A DNA stretch of 63,934 nt, filler included, from Octopus bimaculoides (taxonomy: Eukaryota): assembly GCF_001194135.2 (NCBI RefSeq). It is 5 parts of 4 records of this genome, joined end to end, with 100 filler letters (N's around TTAATTAATTAA, not from the genome) between each part and the next. Parts side by side here need not be neighbours in the genome. Positions count along the whole stretch, not along the records: positions 20,691 to 38,146 come from NC_069003.1; 4 more parts are not named here. One strand, given 5' to 3'. Under the pieces are notes generated by a model, which saw only the letters and a list, made by a program, of their open reading frames with translations, did no database searches and was not told the DNA's origin. Below are positions 24,901 to 37,549 of this stretch, piece by piece. A program made the translations under genes and the position numbers. Position 1 is the first letter of the stretch. Each line of letters begins with the position of its first letter.

Positions 24901-25689
24901 NNNNNNNNNNNNNNNNNNNNNNNNNNNNNNNNNNNNNNNNNNNNNNNNNNNNNNNNNNNNNNNNNNNNNNNNNNNNNNNNNNNNNNNNNNNNNNNNNNNN
25001 NNNNNNNNNNNNNNNNNNNNNNNNNNNNNNNNNNNNNNNNNNNNNNNNNNNNNNNNNNNNNNNNNNNNNNNNNNNNNNNNNNNNNNNNNNNNNNNNNNNN
25101 NNNNNNNNNNNNNNNNNNNNNNNNNNNNNNNNNNNNNNNNNNNNNNNNNNNNNNNNNNNNNNNNNNNNNNNNNNNNNNNNNNNNNNNNNNNNNNNNNNNN
25201 NNNNNNNNNNNNNNNNNNNNNNNNNNNNNNNNNNNNNNNNNNNNNNNNNNNNNNNNNNNNNNNNNNNNNNNNNNNNNNNNNNNNNNNNNNNNNNNNNNNN
25301 NNNNNNNNNNNNNNNNNNNNNNNNNNNNNNNNNNNNNNNNNNNNNNNNNNNNNNNNNNNNNNNNNNNNNNNNNNNNNNNNNNNNNNNNNNNNNNNNNNNN
25401 NNNNNNNNNNNNNNNNNNNNNNNNNNNNNNNNNNNNNNNNNNNNNNNNNNNNNNNNNNNNNNNNNNNNNNNNNNNNNNNNNNNNNNNNNNNNNNNNNNNN
25501 NNNNNNNNNNNNNNNNNNNNNNNNNNNNNNNNNNNNNNNNNNNNNNNNNNNNNNNNNNNNNNNNNNNNNNNNNNNNNNNNNNNNNNNNNNNNNNNNNNNN
25601 NNNNNNNNNNNNNNNNNNNNNNNNNNNNNNNNNNNNNNNNNNNNNNNNNNNNNNNNNNNNNNNNNNNNNNNNNNNNNNNNNNNNNNNNN

Positions 25690-26360
25690 ATGCACGCACA
25701 CAAAGTACATATACACACAAAGTACATAACACACAAAGTACATACACACACAAAGTACATACACACACAAAGTACACACACACACACAAAGTACATACAC
25801 ACACAAAGTACATACACACACAGAAAGTACATACACACATATACACAATCTACATACACACACACAAAGTAGATGCACGCACACAAAGTACATATACACA
25901 CAAAGTACATAACACACAAAGTACATACACACACAAAGTACATACACACACACACACAAAGTACATACACACGCACAAAGTACATACACACGCACAAAGT
26001 ACATACACACATATACACAAACTACATACACACACACAAAGTAGATGCACGCACACAAAGTACATATACACACAAAGTACATAACACACAAAGTACACAC
26101 ACACACAAAGTACATACACACACACAAAGTACATACACACACACAAAGTACACACACACAAAGTACACACACACATATACACAAACTACATACACACACA
26201 CACACAAAGTACAAATGGAAGTTACCTTTTCGTTGTATATATACACACAAAGTACATACACACACAAAGTACATACACATACACAAAGTACGTACACACA
26301 CACAAACTACATACACACACACACACAAAGTACAGATGGAAGTTACCTTTACGTTGTATA
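25690..26360 (+). repeat. Complex minisatellite of (CA)n interrupted by AAGTA, with higher-order periodicity
   Basis: Basic unit acacaaagtacat(ac)n; the block atgcacgcacacaaagtacatatacacacaaagtacataa recurs at 25690, 25873 and 26045. Confidence 0.9.
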
Positions 26361-26644
26361 CGTCCCTGGTAAAGCCTGACCATTGGTGTTGAACGACTGT
26401 TTTCTCATATGGCGCTGCAGGTGTGCGCATCACCGCATCTGCACTTTCATACATGTATGTGCATATATATATATAGCGTCTCTGTGTGAGTTCGTTTGTG
26501 CGCGTGCATGCGCTTGTGTGTGTGTGTGCGTGTGTTATTGCGTATATATCGTGTCTATATCAGTATAAATGAATGCATATGTATGTATGTGTGTGTGTGT
26601 ATGTGTGTATGTATGTATGTACGTATGTATGTATGTGTGTGTGT

Positions 26645-26676
<32 letters not shown>

Positions 26677-27121
26677 CGCGCACGCGTGCAGCTGAGATTC
26701 CCAACAATGATGAATTGCACTTAACGTGCACAAGGTGCTGCCAGCAGCTGCAAGCTAGGTGTATGCAAAGTGTCGTAAAGAACCGAGGTTATGTACTATC
26801 GGAATGCGAGGCTGGGCGTGGAAAGGTNNNNNNNNNNNNNNNNNNNNNNNNNNNNNNNNNNNNNNNNNNNNNNNNNNNNNNNNNNNNNNNNNNNNNNNNN
26901 NNNNNNNNNNNNNNNNNNNNNNNNNNNNNNNNNNNNNNNNNNNNNNNNNNNNNNNNNNNNNNNNNNNNNNNNNNNNNNNNNNNNNNNNNNNNNNNNNNNN
27001 NNNNNNNNNNNNNNNNNNNNNNNNNNNNNNNNNNNNNNNNNNNNNNNNNNNNNNNNNNNNNNNNNNNCAGGTTTCAAAATCGATCCCACCCAGCCACCAA
27101 CTTTTTTGTTAGTATATTCTC

Positions 27122-27164
<43 letters not shown>

Positions 27165-27206
27165 CTCTCTCTCTCTCTCTCTGTCTGTCTGTCTGTCTGT
27201 CTGTCC

Positions 27207-27244
<38 letters not shown>

Positions 27245-27514
27245 TTCAGTTTCTTATTTAAATTTAACAATTTAAACGATTTGATAATGATTTTGTAGAG
27301 CATGGGATGAAGACCACAACAACGCAGCTTACGTGCGTGTGTGTTTATATATATATATATATATATATGTGTGCGTGTGTGTGTGTGTGTGTGTGTATGT
27401 ATGTGTGTGTATAGTATGTATATGTGTATATATGTATATATAAATTATATTATTATATGATTGAACGCTATGCATTCATTTCCAAGTATATATGTATTTA
27501 TATATATATGTATA

Positions 27515-27545
<31 letters not shown>

Positions 27546-28457
27546 NNNNNNNNNNNNNNNNNNNNNNNNNNNNNNNNNNNNNNNNNNNNNNNNNNNNNNN
27601 NNNNNNNNNNNNNNNNNNNNNNNNNNNNNNNNNNNNNNNNNNNNNNNNNNNNNNNNNNNNNNNNNNNNNNNNNNNNNNNNNNNNNNNNNNNNNNNNNNNN
27701 NNNNNNNNNNNNNNNNNNNNNNNNNNNNNNNNNNNNNNNNNNNNNNNNNNNNNNNNNNNNNNNNNNNNNNNNNNNNNNNNNNNNNNNNNNNNNNNNNNNN
27801 NNNNNNNNNNNNNNNNNNNNNNNNNNNNNNNNNNNNNNNNNNNNNNNNNNNNNNNNNNNNNNNNNNNNNNNNNNNNNNNNNNNNNNNNNNNNNNNNNNNN
27901 NNNNNNNNNNNNNNNNNNNNNNNNNNNNNNNNNNNNNNNNNNNNNNNNNNNNNNNNNNNNNNNNNNNNNNNNNNNNNNNNNNNNNNNNNNNNNNNNNNNN
28001 NNNNNNNNNNNNNNNNNNNNNNNNNNNNNNNNNNNNNNNNNNNNNNNNNNNNNNNNNNNNNNNNNNNNNNNNNNNNNNNNNNNNNNNNNNNNNNNNNNNN
28101 NNNNNNNNNNNNNNNNNNNNNNNNNNNNNNNNNNNNNNNNNNNNNNNNNNNNNNNNNNNNNNNNNNNNNNNNNNNNNNNNNNNNNNNNNNNNNNNNNNNN
28201 NNNNNNNNNNNNNNNNNNNNNNNNNNNNNNNNNNNNNNNNNNNNNNNNNNNNNNNNNNNNNNNNNNNNNNNNNNNNNNNNNNNNNNNNNNNNNNNNNNNN
28301 NNNNNNNNNNNNNNNNNNNNNNNNNNNNNNNNNNNNNNNNNNNNNNNNNNNNNNNNNNNNNNNNNNNNNNNNNNNNNNNNNNNNNNNNNNNNNNNNNNNN
28401 NNNNNNNNNNNNNNNNNNNNNNNNNNNNNNNNNNNNNNNNNNNNNNNNNNNNNNNNN

Positions 28458-28522
<65 letters not shown>

Positions 28523-28585
28523 AAGATTGGAAAACAGACGCTCACACTCACAAACACACACACATATGTATATGTATGTATATAT

Positions 28586-28754
28586 AGGCGCAGTATTGGC
28601 TATGTGGTAAGTAGCTTGCTTACCAGTCACATGGTTCGGGTTCAGTCCCACTGCGTGACACCTACTATAGCCTCGGGCCGACAAATGCCTTGTGAGTGGA
28701 TTTGGTAGGCGGAAACTGAAAGAAGCCCATCATATATATATATATATATATATA
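28586..28754 (+). mobile_element. SINE family A head plus (TA)n running into a gap
   Basis: aggcgcagtattggctatgtggtaagtagcttgc...gggttcagtcccactgcg...gaaagaagccc. Confidence 0.85.
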
Positions 28755-29658
28755 NNNNNNNNNNNNNNNNNNNNNNNNNNNNNNNNNNNNNNNNNNNNNN
28801 NNNNNNNNNNNNNNNNNNNNNNNNNNNNNNNNNNNNNNNNNNNNNNNNNNNNNNNNNNNNNNNNNNNNNNNNNNNNNNNNNNNNNNNNNNNNNNNNNNNN
28901 NNNNNNNNNNNNNNNNNNNNNNNNNNNNNNNNNNNNNNNNNNNNNNNNNNNNNNNNNNNNNNNNNNNNNNNNNNNNNNNNNNNNNNNNNNNNNNNNNNNN
29001 NNNNNNNNNNNNNNNNNNNNNNNNNNNNNNNNNNNNNNNNNNNNNNNNNNNNNNNNNNNNNNNNNNNNNNNNNNNNNNNNNNNNNNNNNNNNNNNNNNNN
29101 NNNNNNNNNNNNNNNNNNNNNNNNNNNNNNNNNNNNNNNNNNNNNNNNNNNNNNNNNNNNNNNNNNNNNNNNNNNNNNNNNNNNNNNNNNNNNNNNNNNN
29201 NNNNNNNNNNNNNNNNNNNNNNNNNNNNNNNNNNNNNNNNNNNNNNNNNNNNNNNNNNNNNNNNNNNNNNNNNNNNNNNNNNNNNNNNNNNNNNNNNNNN
29301 NNNNNNNNNNNNNNNNNNNNNNNNNNNNNNNNNNNNNNNNNNNNNNNNNNNNNNNNNNNNNNNNNNNNNNNNNNNNNNNNNNNNNNNNNNNNNNNNNNNN
29401 NNNNNNNNNNNNNNNNNNNNNNNNNNNNNNNNNNNNNNNNNNNNNNNNNNNNNNNNNNNNNNNNNNNNNNNNNNNNNNNNNNNNNNNNNATACGCACACA
29501 CACACACATACACACACACACACACACACACAAGCACACACTTTCTAATTAGTCTGCCCTTTTCGCATCGTTCAAATGAAGACCTAGCTTCGATAAAAAT
29601 TCATAGCTCTACAAATAATTATTGAAAACTTTTGCACTGTGTGTGTGAGTGCGTGTGT

Positions 29659-29709
<51 letters not shown>

Positions 29710-30358
29710 TGTGTGTGTGTGCGTGTGTGTGTGTGTGTGTCTGTGTGTGTGCATGCGTGTGTATGGAATGAAGCTGTAAAGAAAAATATCTACGTACACA
29801 AAAGTATGAAAAAAGATATTAAAAAACAAACCCTACCAAAATAGAACAGAAGCAAGAATTGAACTCGCATGTACTGCTTAACACACACACACCTACACCC
29901 CCCCCTATACACACATACAGATATATACAGATATATATAAATATATATGTATGTGTGCCTAATTCGCAATATTTCTGCCTTTTAAGTTATAAATATACAT
30001 ATATTGATGTGTACGTATTTATAGGTATATATTTTTATTACCTCTTTCTGGTGTCATTTTCTTACTCCGTCGCTTCTGTGTCCCTTTAAGACATCCAATT
30101 CAATATCCACTCACGGCTCCTTTAGATCCCTCTTTGTCATGGATCATGCAGCTATGTATATAATAAATATATGTAAAACATACTCTGTCGAATGTATATC
30201 TTATATGTGTATATCCATCATATTTTTTCGTACGTTTTTGTACGTTTGTGTCTACATATATGTGTGTGTATACATACTCACTGCATGTCTGTTTTTATAA
30301 CATCTCTCTTTCTTTCTCTCTCTCCCTCTCCCTCTCTCTCTTTCTCTCTCTCTCTTTC

Positions 30359-30389
<31 letters not shown>

Positions 30390-30564
30390 AGCTCAGTCTC
30401 TCCTTCTCTCCTCCCCTTACGCTTTCTCCCAACATGTAAAGCCGCCCGGTTTAAACAGATTCTGTTGATTTGACACAAAAGCTGCTATTCGACACACACG
30501 CGCTCACACACACGCACGCACACACACACACACACAGGTGCGCGCGCGCTCGTACATACATACA

Positions 30565-30597
<33 letters not shown>

Positions 30598-30655
30598 TTA
30601 TAACATACAAGTACATACCTATATAGATACATTATACATACGCACACACACAAGG

Positions 30656-30689
<34 letters not shown>

Positions 30690-30700
30690 ATCACAGCTAC

Positions 30701-30741
<41 letters not shown>

Positions 30742-30750
30742 CATATATAT

Positions 30751-30843
<93 letters not shown>

Positions 30844-30903
30844 CATATATATACACATATATTAATACTTTCTAGCATATATCGTCCATTATATATATAT
30901 ATG

Positions 30904-30934
<31 letters not shown>

Positions 30935-31078
30935 TTATATATATGTGTGTTATATACATGTGTATATGTATATATATTCTTACATACATACACAAATACA
31001 CGCACACTCACACACATACACACACATAGACATATAAATATACAGATTGATATATATATATATATAGACATATATGTA

Positions 31079-31117
<39 letters not shown>

Positions 31118-31808
31118 ATCGATATATATATATATATATATATATATCTATATANNNNNNNNNNNNNNNNNNNNNNNNNNNNNNNNNNNNNNNNNNNNNN
31201 NNNNNNNNNNNNNNNNNNNNNNNNNNNNNNNNNNNNNNNNNNNNNNNNNNNNNNNNNNNNNNNNNNNNNNNNNNNNNNNNNNNNNNNNNNNNNNNNNNNN
31301 NNNNNNNNNNNNNNNNNNNNNNNNNNNNNNNNNNNNNNNNNNNNNNNNNNNNNNNNNNNNNNNNNNNNNNNNNNNNNNNNNNNNNNNNNNNNNNNNNNNN
31401 NNNNNNNNNNNNNNNNNNNNNNNNNNNNNNNNNNNNNNNNNNNNNNNNNNNNNNNNNNNNNNNNNNNNNNNNNNNNNNNNNNNNNNNNNNNNNNNNNNNN
31501 NNNNNNNNNNNNNNNNNNNNNNNNNNNNNNNNNNNNNNNNNNNNNNNNNNNNNNNNNNNNNNNNNNNNNNNNNNNNNNNNNNNNNNNNNNNNNNNNNNNN
31601 NNNNNNNNNNNNNNNNNNNNNNNNNNNNNNNNNNNNNNNNNNNNNNNNNNNNNNNNNNNNNNNNNNNNNNNNNNNNNNNNNNNNNNNNNNNNGAACATGT
31701 GCTTTTCCGCGTCTTGCACGTCTGCGGTGTCTGCATGTTGTAACGAGCGAGAGGAGGTGTTGGCATACGGCTCTGTGTAAATATTTTGTGCGTAATGTGT
31801 ACCATGCG

Positions 31809-31811
<3 letters not shown>

Positions 31812-31848
<37 letters not shown>

Positions 31849-32145
31849 TATGTGTGTGTGTGAAGGTATGTGTGTGTGAGTGTGTATGTGTGTGTGAGTG
31901 TGTATGTGTATGTGTGAGTCTGAGTTTGAAGGTTTGTGTGTGTGTGTGTGTGTGTGTGTTTGTGTGAGTATGAGTGAGTGTGAAGGTATGTGTGTGTGTG
32001 TGAAAGTGTATGTGTGTGTGTGTGAAGGTATGTGAGTGTGTGTGTGAGTGAGTATGTGTGAGTGTGAAGGTACGTTTACGTGTATGTGAGTGTATGTGTG
32101 TGTGTGTGTGAAGGTATGTGTGTTTGAAGGTATGTGTGTGTGTGT
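31812..32145 (+). repeat. (TG)n-derived minisatellite with recurring TGAAGGTA interruptions
   Basis: tgaaggt occurs repeatedly within (TG)n/(TGAG)n. Confidence 0.85.
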
Positions 32146-32201
32146 ATAGGTTTCTGAACATGTTTCTGTATACGTGTGTACGTGAAAGAAAGAGAGAGAG
32201 C

Positions 32202-32245
<44 letters not shown>

Positions 32246-32559
32246 GAGGGAGGGAGAAAGAGAGACGGACGGAGACCACGTAAATGTGTATTTGAGTACG
32301 TTTTTTTATTTATACTTTGGAGGAAATTTTTGTGAGGGTTCGTAAAGCTGTGTGTGTGTGTGTGTGTGAATATATATATATATGTGTTTAGTGATCTCTT
32401 TTCTATCTATCTATCTATCTTCTGTCTGTCTGTCTCTCCGTCTCTCTGTCTATCTATCTATCTATCTATCTATCTCGATTGCACATACTCAATGTATGCG
32501 TTTTCTTTCTTCGCCAGTTCGTTGCGGCATAGATCTTGGGGAAAGACTGTCTCATTATG

Positions 32560-33135
32560 CTGGGTGTTAAAGTACCCGGAAATCATGGACAGGCGAGACA
32601 ACTTTCCCCCCAATCGAATTCAGGAGTGATGGATACCAACATTTCACCATTTTTGTGGCTTATCAACATCCCGTACTCCAATTGCCTGTCTATGACTTCA
32701 GGTGTTTTAACACTCAAAGGTATGAGAGAGTCGTCTCCCTAACGCTACCCCGGAGCGAACCGGCGAGCAAACAAAACACATTCATTGAGTATAGGCGGTC
32801 GATAGTACTGATCACGCTCAATCGACTCATGCTGTAGTTTGTGTCAGGGCTTCTTACTGATAGTCAGTGTGATTTCCGGAAATCTCTTGATACCACGGGC
32901 ATGATCTTTTGATCTTTGCTGCAAGACAACTGCAAGAAAACTGTCAGGAACGAAATCAAGACCGCTACCGTATAATCATCGACCTGACCACAGCCTTCGT
33001 TACCGTAAGCAGACAAGGCCTCTGGAAAATAATGAAGAAATTTGGTTGCCCAAACAAGTTCATTAGTATGACGCATCAGTCATACAATGGCTTGCTAGCT
33101 CGTGTGCTGAATGATGGAGAGTTCTCGGCACCTTT
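32560..33135 (+). mobile_element. RTE-clade LINE RT fragment (N-terminal RT domains)
   Basis: LNRL..LLTDSQCDFRK; MIFAARQLQENCQERNQD..IIDLTTAFVTVSRQGLWKIMKKFGCPNKFISM..GLLARVLNDGEFSAPF: typical RTE/BovB-type motifs. Confidence 0.9.
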
Positions 33136-33147
33136 CACTCGAGCTCG

Positions 33148-33213
33148 ACTAAAGGCAGTGCTCCAGCATGGCAACAGTCAAATGACCGAAACGAGTAAAA
33201 GAGTAAAAGAATA
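33148..33213 (+). mobile_element. SINE family A tail fragment
   Basis: aaggcagtgctccagcatggcaacagtcaaatgaccgaaacgagtaaaagagtaaaaga; also seen at 21702-21740. Confidence 0.75.
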
Positions 33214-33390
33214 GACAAAGAGCCAGTCTCTAAACTAGATCCAGGGCTCTTTCGGTGGAATTTCAACAACATGAACGTGGTATTTTTGTATGTGTATGTA
33301 TGTATGAGTGTATGTATGTATGTATGTATGTAAGCATGCATGCATGTATGTATGTATGTATGTATGTATGTATGTATGTATGTATGTATG

Positions 33391-33615
33391 ACAGCTGATA
33401 TATTGAGTATTGAGGCGATGGTGCACAAGCACCGGTTACGTTGGACTGGACACCTTATTAGAATGAAGGATAGCAGGATTCCTAAGCAGATGCTCTATGG
33501 AGAANNNNNNNNNNGATAGCAGGATTCCTAAGCAGATGCTCTATGGAGAACTTGTGAATGGAACGAGACTCCGGCAGAAACCAAGGCTGCGATTTAAGGA
33601 CTGTGTCAAGTCCTC
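33391..33615 (+). mobile_element. RTE-clade LINE C-terminal fragment
   Basis: SIEAMVHKHRLRWTGHLIRMKDSRIPKQMLYGELVNGTRLRQKPRLRFKDCVK; 36 bp is duplicated across the 10-N gap (assembly overlap). Confidence 0.9.
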
Positions 33616-33627
33616 ATCTATGTATGT

Positions 33628-34050
33628 ATGTATAAGTGCAGATTTGTGTGTTTTGTTTCATGTATGCATTCTCATGCATATAGTTGCATGTCTAGACATG
33701 TTCATATATATTTAAGTGGTAAACTTCTGGAAAGTTTTACAGATTTTTACAGTTCCAGTGATGGCTTAGATCTATAGTCTCCGAAACAGCTTTCTCTTTT
33801 CTGGTTTTGAGAAGCTTAATTTCTTATGATTGGTATTTGGGCAGTGTGTTGCATATCCCATTTAGCCAATAGTTACAGGTTTAGACCTAAATTATTAATC
33901 TCGATAGAGTAGCTGTTGATTCCTCAATAGTTCACCGAAGGGATTGTTTTCGCTGATCTTTAACTTTATGTTAGCATCCGCTGGGCAGCTGATTTCCACA
34001 ACTGTTCACAGTTTCTCTTCTCTATCCCAAATTACTGTGATAGGTCTATT
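33628..34050 (-). mobile_element. R4/Dong-like (RLE-type) non-LTR element 3' end within (TATG)n
   Basis: Minus-strand translation: NRP.TVIWDREEKL*TVVEISCPADANIKLKISE..FGELLRNQQLLY...KLSFSKPEKRKLFRRL..*AITGTVKICKTFQKF, with a PD-(D/E)xK-type signature. Confidence 0.8.
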
Positions 34051-34325
34051 GTATGTATGTATGTATGTATGTATGTATGTATGTATGTATGAATGTATGT
34101 ATGTGTGTGTGTGAGTATCAGTTGGTTTGGGTCACATTGACCGCGATTATTAGCTTCCAGCTTGTAATTGCTGGCAGTCTGCACAGAAGGAACATTAATA
34201 AATAAATGGGCGAATTAATCAATTAATGATAGTCTCATTTTATCAGTTTTCGGCATTAAATTAAGAAAACGTTTATTTAATGATATCAAGCAATTTTCAA
34301 CTGTAATCTCATTTGTAACACACAC

Positions 34326-34427
<102 letters not shown>

Positions 34428-34470
34428 AGTTTCTATGTATATCCGAGTTTCTATGGTTGTGTATAGGAGA

Positions 34471-34818
34471 ATATATTAATCAATGAAATTCCAACTTAAT
34501 CTGATTTTCATGTTTCATTATTTGCAATTTTTACAATTTTACAGTTTTAGAATATGGAAATGAAATAGTACTTTCATGCCTTACGCGATCATCAGGATTA
34601 TGCAGTATCAGTCATGTTCCACAATTGACAACTGTGTTATCAAAGACAGTTCTCAATTATGGAACTCGATTGTCACTACATAAACCTGATGATTGCGTAA
34701 CACATGAAAGTACTATTTCCTTTCCATATTCTAAAATTGTAAAATTGTAAAATTTGCAAATAATAAAACTTGAAAATCAGACTAAGTTGGTAAGTTGGAA
34801 TTTCATCGATTAATATAT
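34471..34818. mobile_element. Fold-back MITE-like palindrome (~135-bp arms, ~75-bp spacer)
   Basis: atatattaatcaatgaaattccaactta...gtactttcatg..ttacgcgatcatcagg mirrors cctgatgattgcgtaa..catgaaagtac...ggaatttcatcgattaatatat. Confidence 0.85.
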
Positions 34819-35636
34819 ATNNNNNNNNNNNNNNNNNNNNNNNNNNNNNNNNNNNNNNNNNNNNNNNNNNNNNNNNNNNNNNNNNNNNNNNNNNNNNNNN
34901 NNNNNNNNNNNNNNNNNNNNNNNNNNNNNNNNNNNNNNNNNNNNNNNNNNNNNNNNNNNNNNNNNNNNNNNNNNNNNNNNNNNNNNNNNNNNNNNNNNNN
35001 NNNNNNNNNNNNNNNNNNNNNNNNNNNNNNNNNNNNNNNNNNNNNNNNNNNNNNNNNNNNNNNNNNNNNNNNNNNNNNNNNNNNNNNNNNNNNNNNNNNN
35101 NNNNNNNNNNNNNNNNNNNNNNNNNNNNNNNNNNNNNNNNNNNNNNNNNNNNNNNNNNNNNNNNNNNNNNNNNNNNNNNNNNNNNNNNNNNNNNNNNNNN
35201 NNNNNNNNNNNNNNNNNNNNNNNNNNNNNNNNNNNNNNNNNNNNNNNNNNNNNNNNNNNNNNNNNNNNNNNNNNNNNNNNNNNNNNNNNNNNNNNNNNNN
35301 NNNNNNNNNNNNNNNNNNNNNNNNNNNNNNNNNNNNNNNNNNNNNNNNNNNNNNNNNNNNNNNNNNNNNNNNNNNNNNNNNNNNNNNNNNNNNNNNNNNN
35401 NNNNNNNNNNNNNNNNNNNNNNNNNNNNNNNNNNNNNNNNNNNNNNNNNNNNNNNNNNNNNNNNNNNNNNNNNNNNNNNNNNNNNNNNNNNNNNNNNNNN
35501 NNNNNNNNNNNNNNNNNNNNNNNNNNNNNNNNNNNNNNNNNNNNNNNNNNNNNNNNNNNNNNNNNNNNNNNNCAACAACGCGAAGACGTGATACCGATAT
35601 AGTGTTACTGGACGCTCGGAAAAGGAAAGAAGGAGA

Positions 35637-35671
35637 ATTTGATGTTTCGAGCGGAGCTCTTCGTCGGAAAC
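35637..35671 (-). ncRNA. Minimal hammerhead ribozyme-like motif, U4C core variant (second family)
   Basis: GUUU CCGACGA A GAG CUCCG CUC GAAA CAU C AAAU, within a related short element at about 35573-35740. Confidence 0.65.
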
Positions 35672-35763
35672 ATAGAAAACTCCAAAGAAAGGAAGACGGG
35701 GGAAGAAAAAAATCGCCAACGATATCCACGAGGTTACAATACAAACTTACATATATACATATG

Positions 35764-35795
<32 letters not shown>

Positions 35796-36101
35796 TGTAT
35801 GCTTGTATCTACGCACCCAGAAGCAGATTGAGAAGGATAAATAAATGATAGAGAGAAAAACTTGATCTGCTCGATTAATTTGTTTGACACTCCGACTACG
35901 TCTGCGTTTCTGCTAATGTATATACATGTGTTTGTGTGTGTGTGTATGCGTGAACGTGTGTATTCATTGCTGTGTTTTTGTATCTGAGCGTCTGTTAGCA
36001 CCACTGGCTGATCGTATTTCAATAGCCCCTCCCTTTCTGCGTGGCTTGTATGTTCTGTACCGGTGACGCACAACGTTCCCCTACATGCATACATGCATGC
36101 A

Positions 36102-36166
<65 letters not shown>

Positions 36167-36304
36167 CTATATATATATATATACACATATATAGATACAT
36201 ACATATATATATAAATATATATACAAATATATTGATATAGATTTTACGTGTATATATTCTATATATATATATATATATACACATATATACATATATATAT
36301 ACAT

Positions 36305-36347
<43 letters not shown>

Positions 36348-36773
36348 TATATACATATATCCATACATATATATATATATATATACATACATATATACCA
36401 CGCACGCGCACACATAGATATATGCTTATACGTAAATGTGCATGTGCATACACTCACGCATACACATACGCGCATATACGCACACGCACCCATACGCAGC
36501 CACACTGTTGCACATACCCCGATGGAACGTAACTGGATCTTTTACACATTCCACCCGATAACACTGACTTTGGTTGTTGCAGTTTAAAGTTAAACCCCTT
36601 TTCTACCCGACTCTCCACAACCATACACACCAATAAGACACACATATAAAGAAAGAGCGATTGAGAGGTGGGGAGAGCGCGAGCGAGAGAGAGTGAGAGA
36701 GAGAGAGAGAGCTACTTTGGAGATTGAGACGTCTTGATGCATAAGCTTGTATATGAAAAAGTTGGATCTATTT

Positions 36774-37430
36774 TAAAACGGGGGCGCCAGTTTTCATTTA
36801 TGTTTTATGTAGTGTTTTTGGTACGGAAAAACTTTCAAACTTCGTATACTTATCTATTTTGTGAAAAATATTTTTGTATTCGAATTTATTTCATGTAAAA
36901 AATTGTCTTATTTCGATAATTTCTACTAATCACTGACGTCTATTCAGTTGAAAACAGTTAGCGCTGTAACGGTGTATATCGTATTAATCCCCTAACCCTA
37001 ACACTAACCCTAACCCTAACTAGACTGTTAACCGTAACCGTAACCCTAACCCTAACCCTAACCCTAACCCTAACTCTAGAATCCGAACTCTAAACTTGTT
37101 ACACACATAGATACGCACAGCGTAATTTATTATATAAACAATATATGCGTATAAATTACGATTAAACCGGATGAAATATGTCACAGGGAATAACATTTTT
37201 ATGACCGCCCAGCAGTAACTCTATTCAGCTGAATAGACGTCAGTGATTGGTTGAAATTACAGAAATACGACAACTTTAACATGGAATAACTTGCGAATTC
37301 CTTTTTTTGTTAAGAAGACTAAGAGTAAAAGATGTTTTATATGACACATTCTACCAGTGTCCCAAGTTTCAAAGTATTTCGTTAGTGTTTCGTTAAGAAA
37401 ATACTGGCGTCCCCGTTTTAAAATAGATCC
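36774..37430. mobile_element. MITE with long imperfect TIRs and a central telomeric tract
   Basis: Termini GGATCTATTTTAAAACGGGGGCGCCAGT / ACTGGCGTCCCCGTTTTAAAATAGATCC; inner symmetry aatcactgacgtctattcag / ctgaatagacgtcagtgatt. Confidence 0.9.
36989..37075 (+). repeat. Interstitial telomeric (CCCTAA)n inside the MITE
   Basis: About 10 perfect or variant TAACCC units. Confidence 0.95.
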
Positions 37431-37549
37431 TAAAAGTTCACAACATCAAACAAATGAATATTTTTAAAATCATACCCCTAATGCACCTACTATGATAGGA
37501 ATTGTTTCTGTTTTTAGACTCCACATTCGAGTTACCTCTATTTCCAGAT

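Noticed and set aside
21115-26360. Repeat-spacer-like arrays as CRISPR
   Set aside because: Eukaryotic context, no unique spacers of constant length and no cas genes.
33469-33550. 36-bp direct repeat around a 10-N gap
   Set aside because: Overlapping contig ends (assembly artefact), not a target-site duplication.
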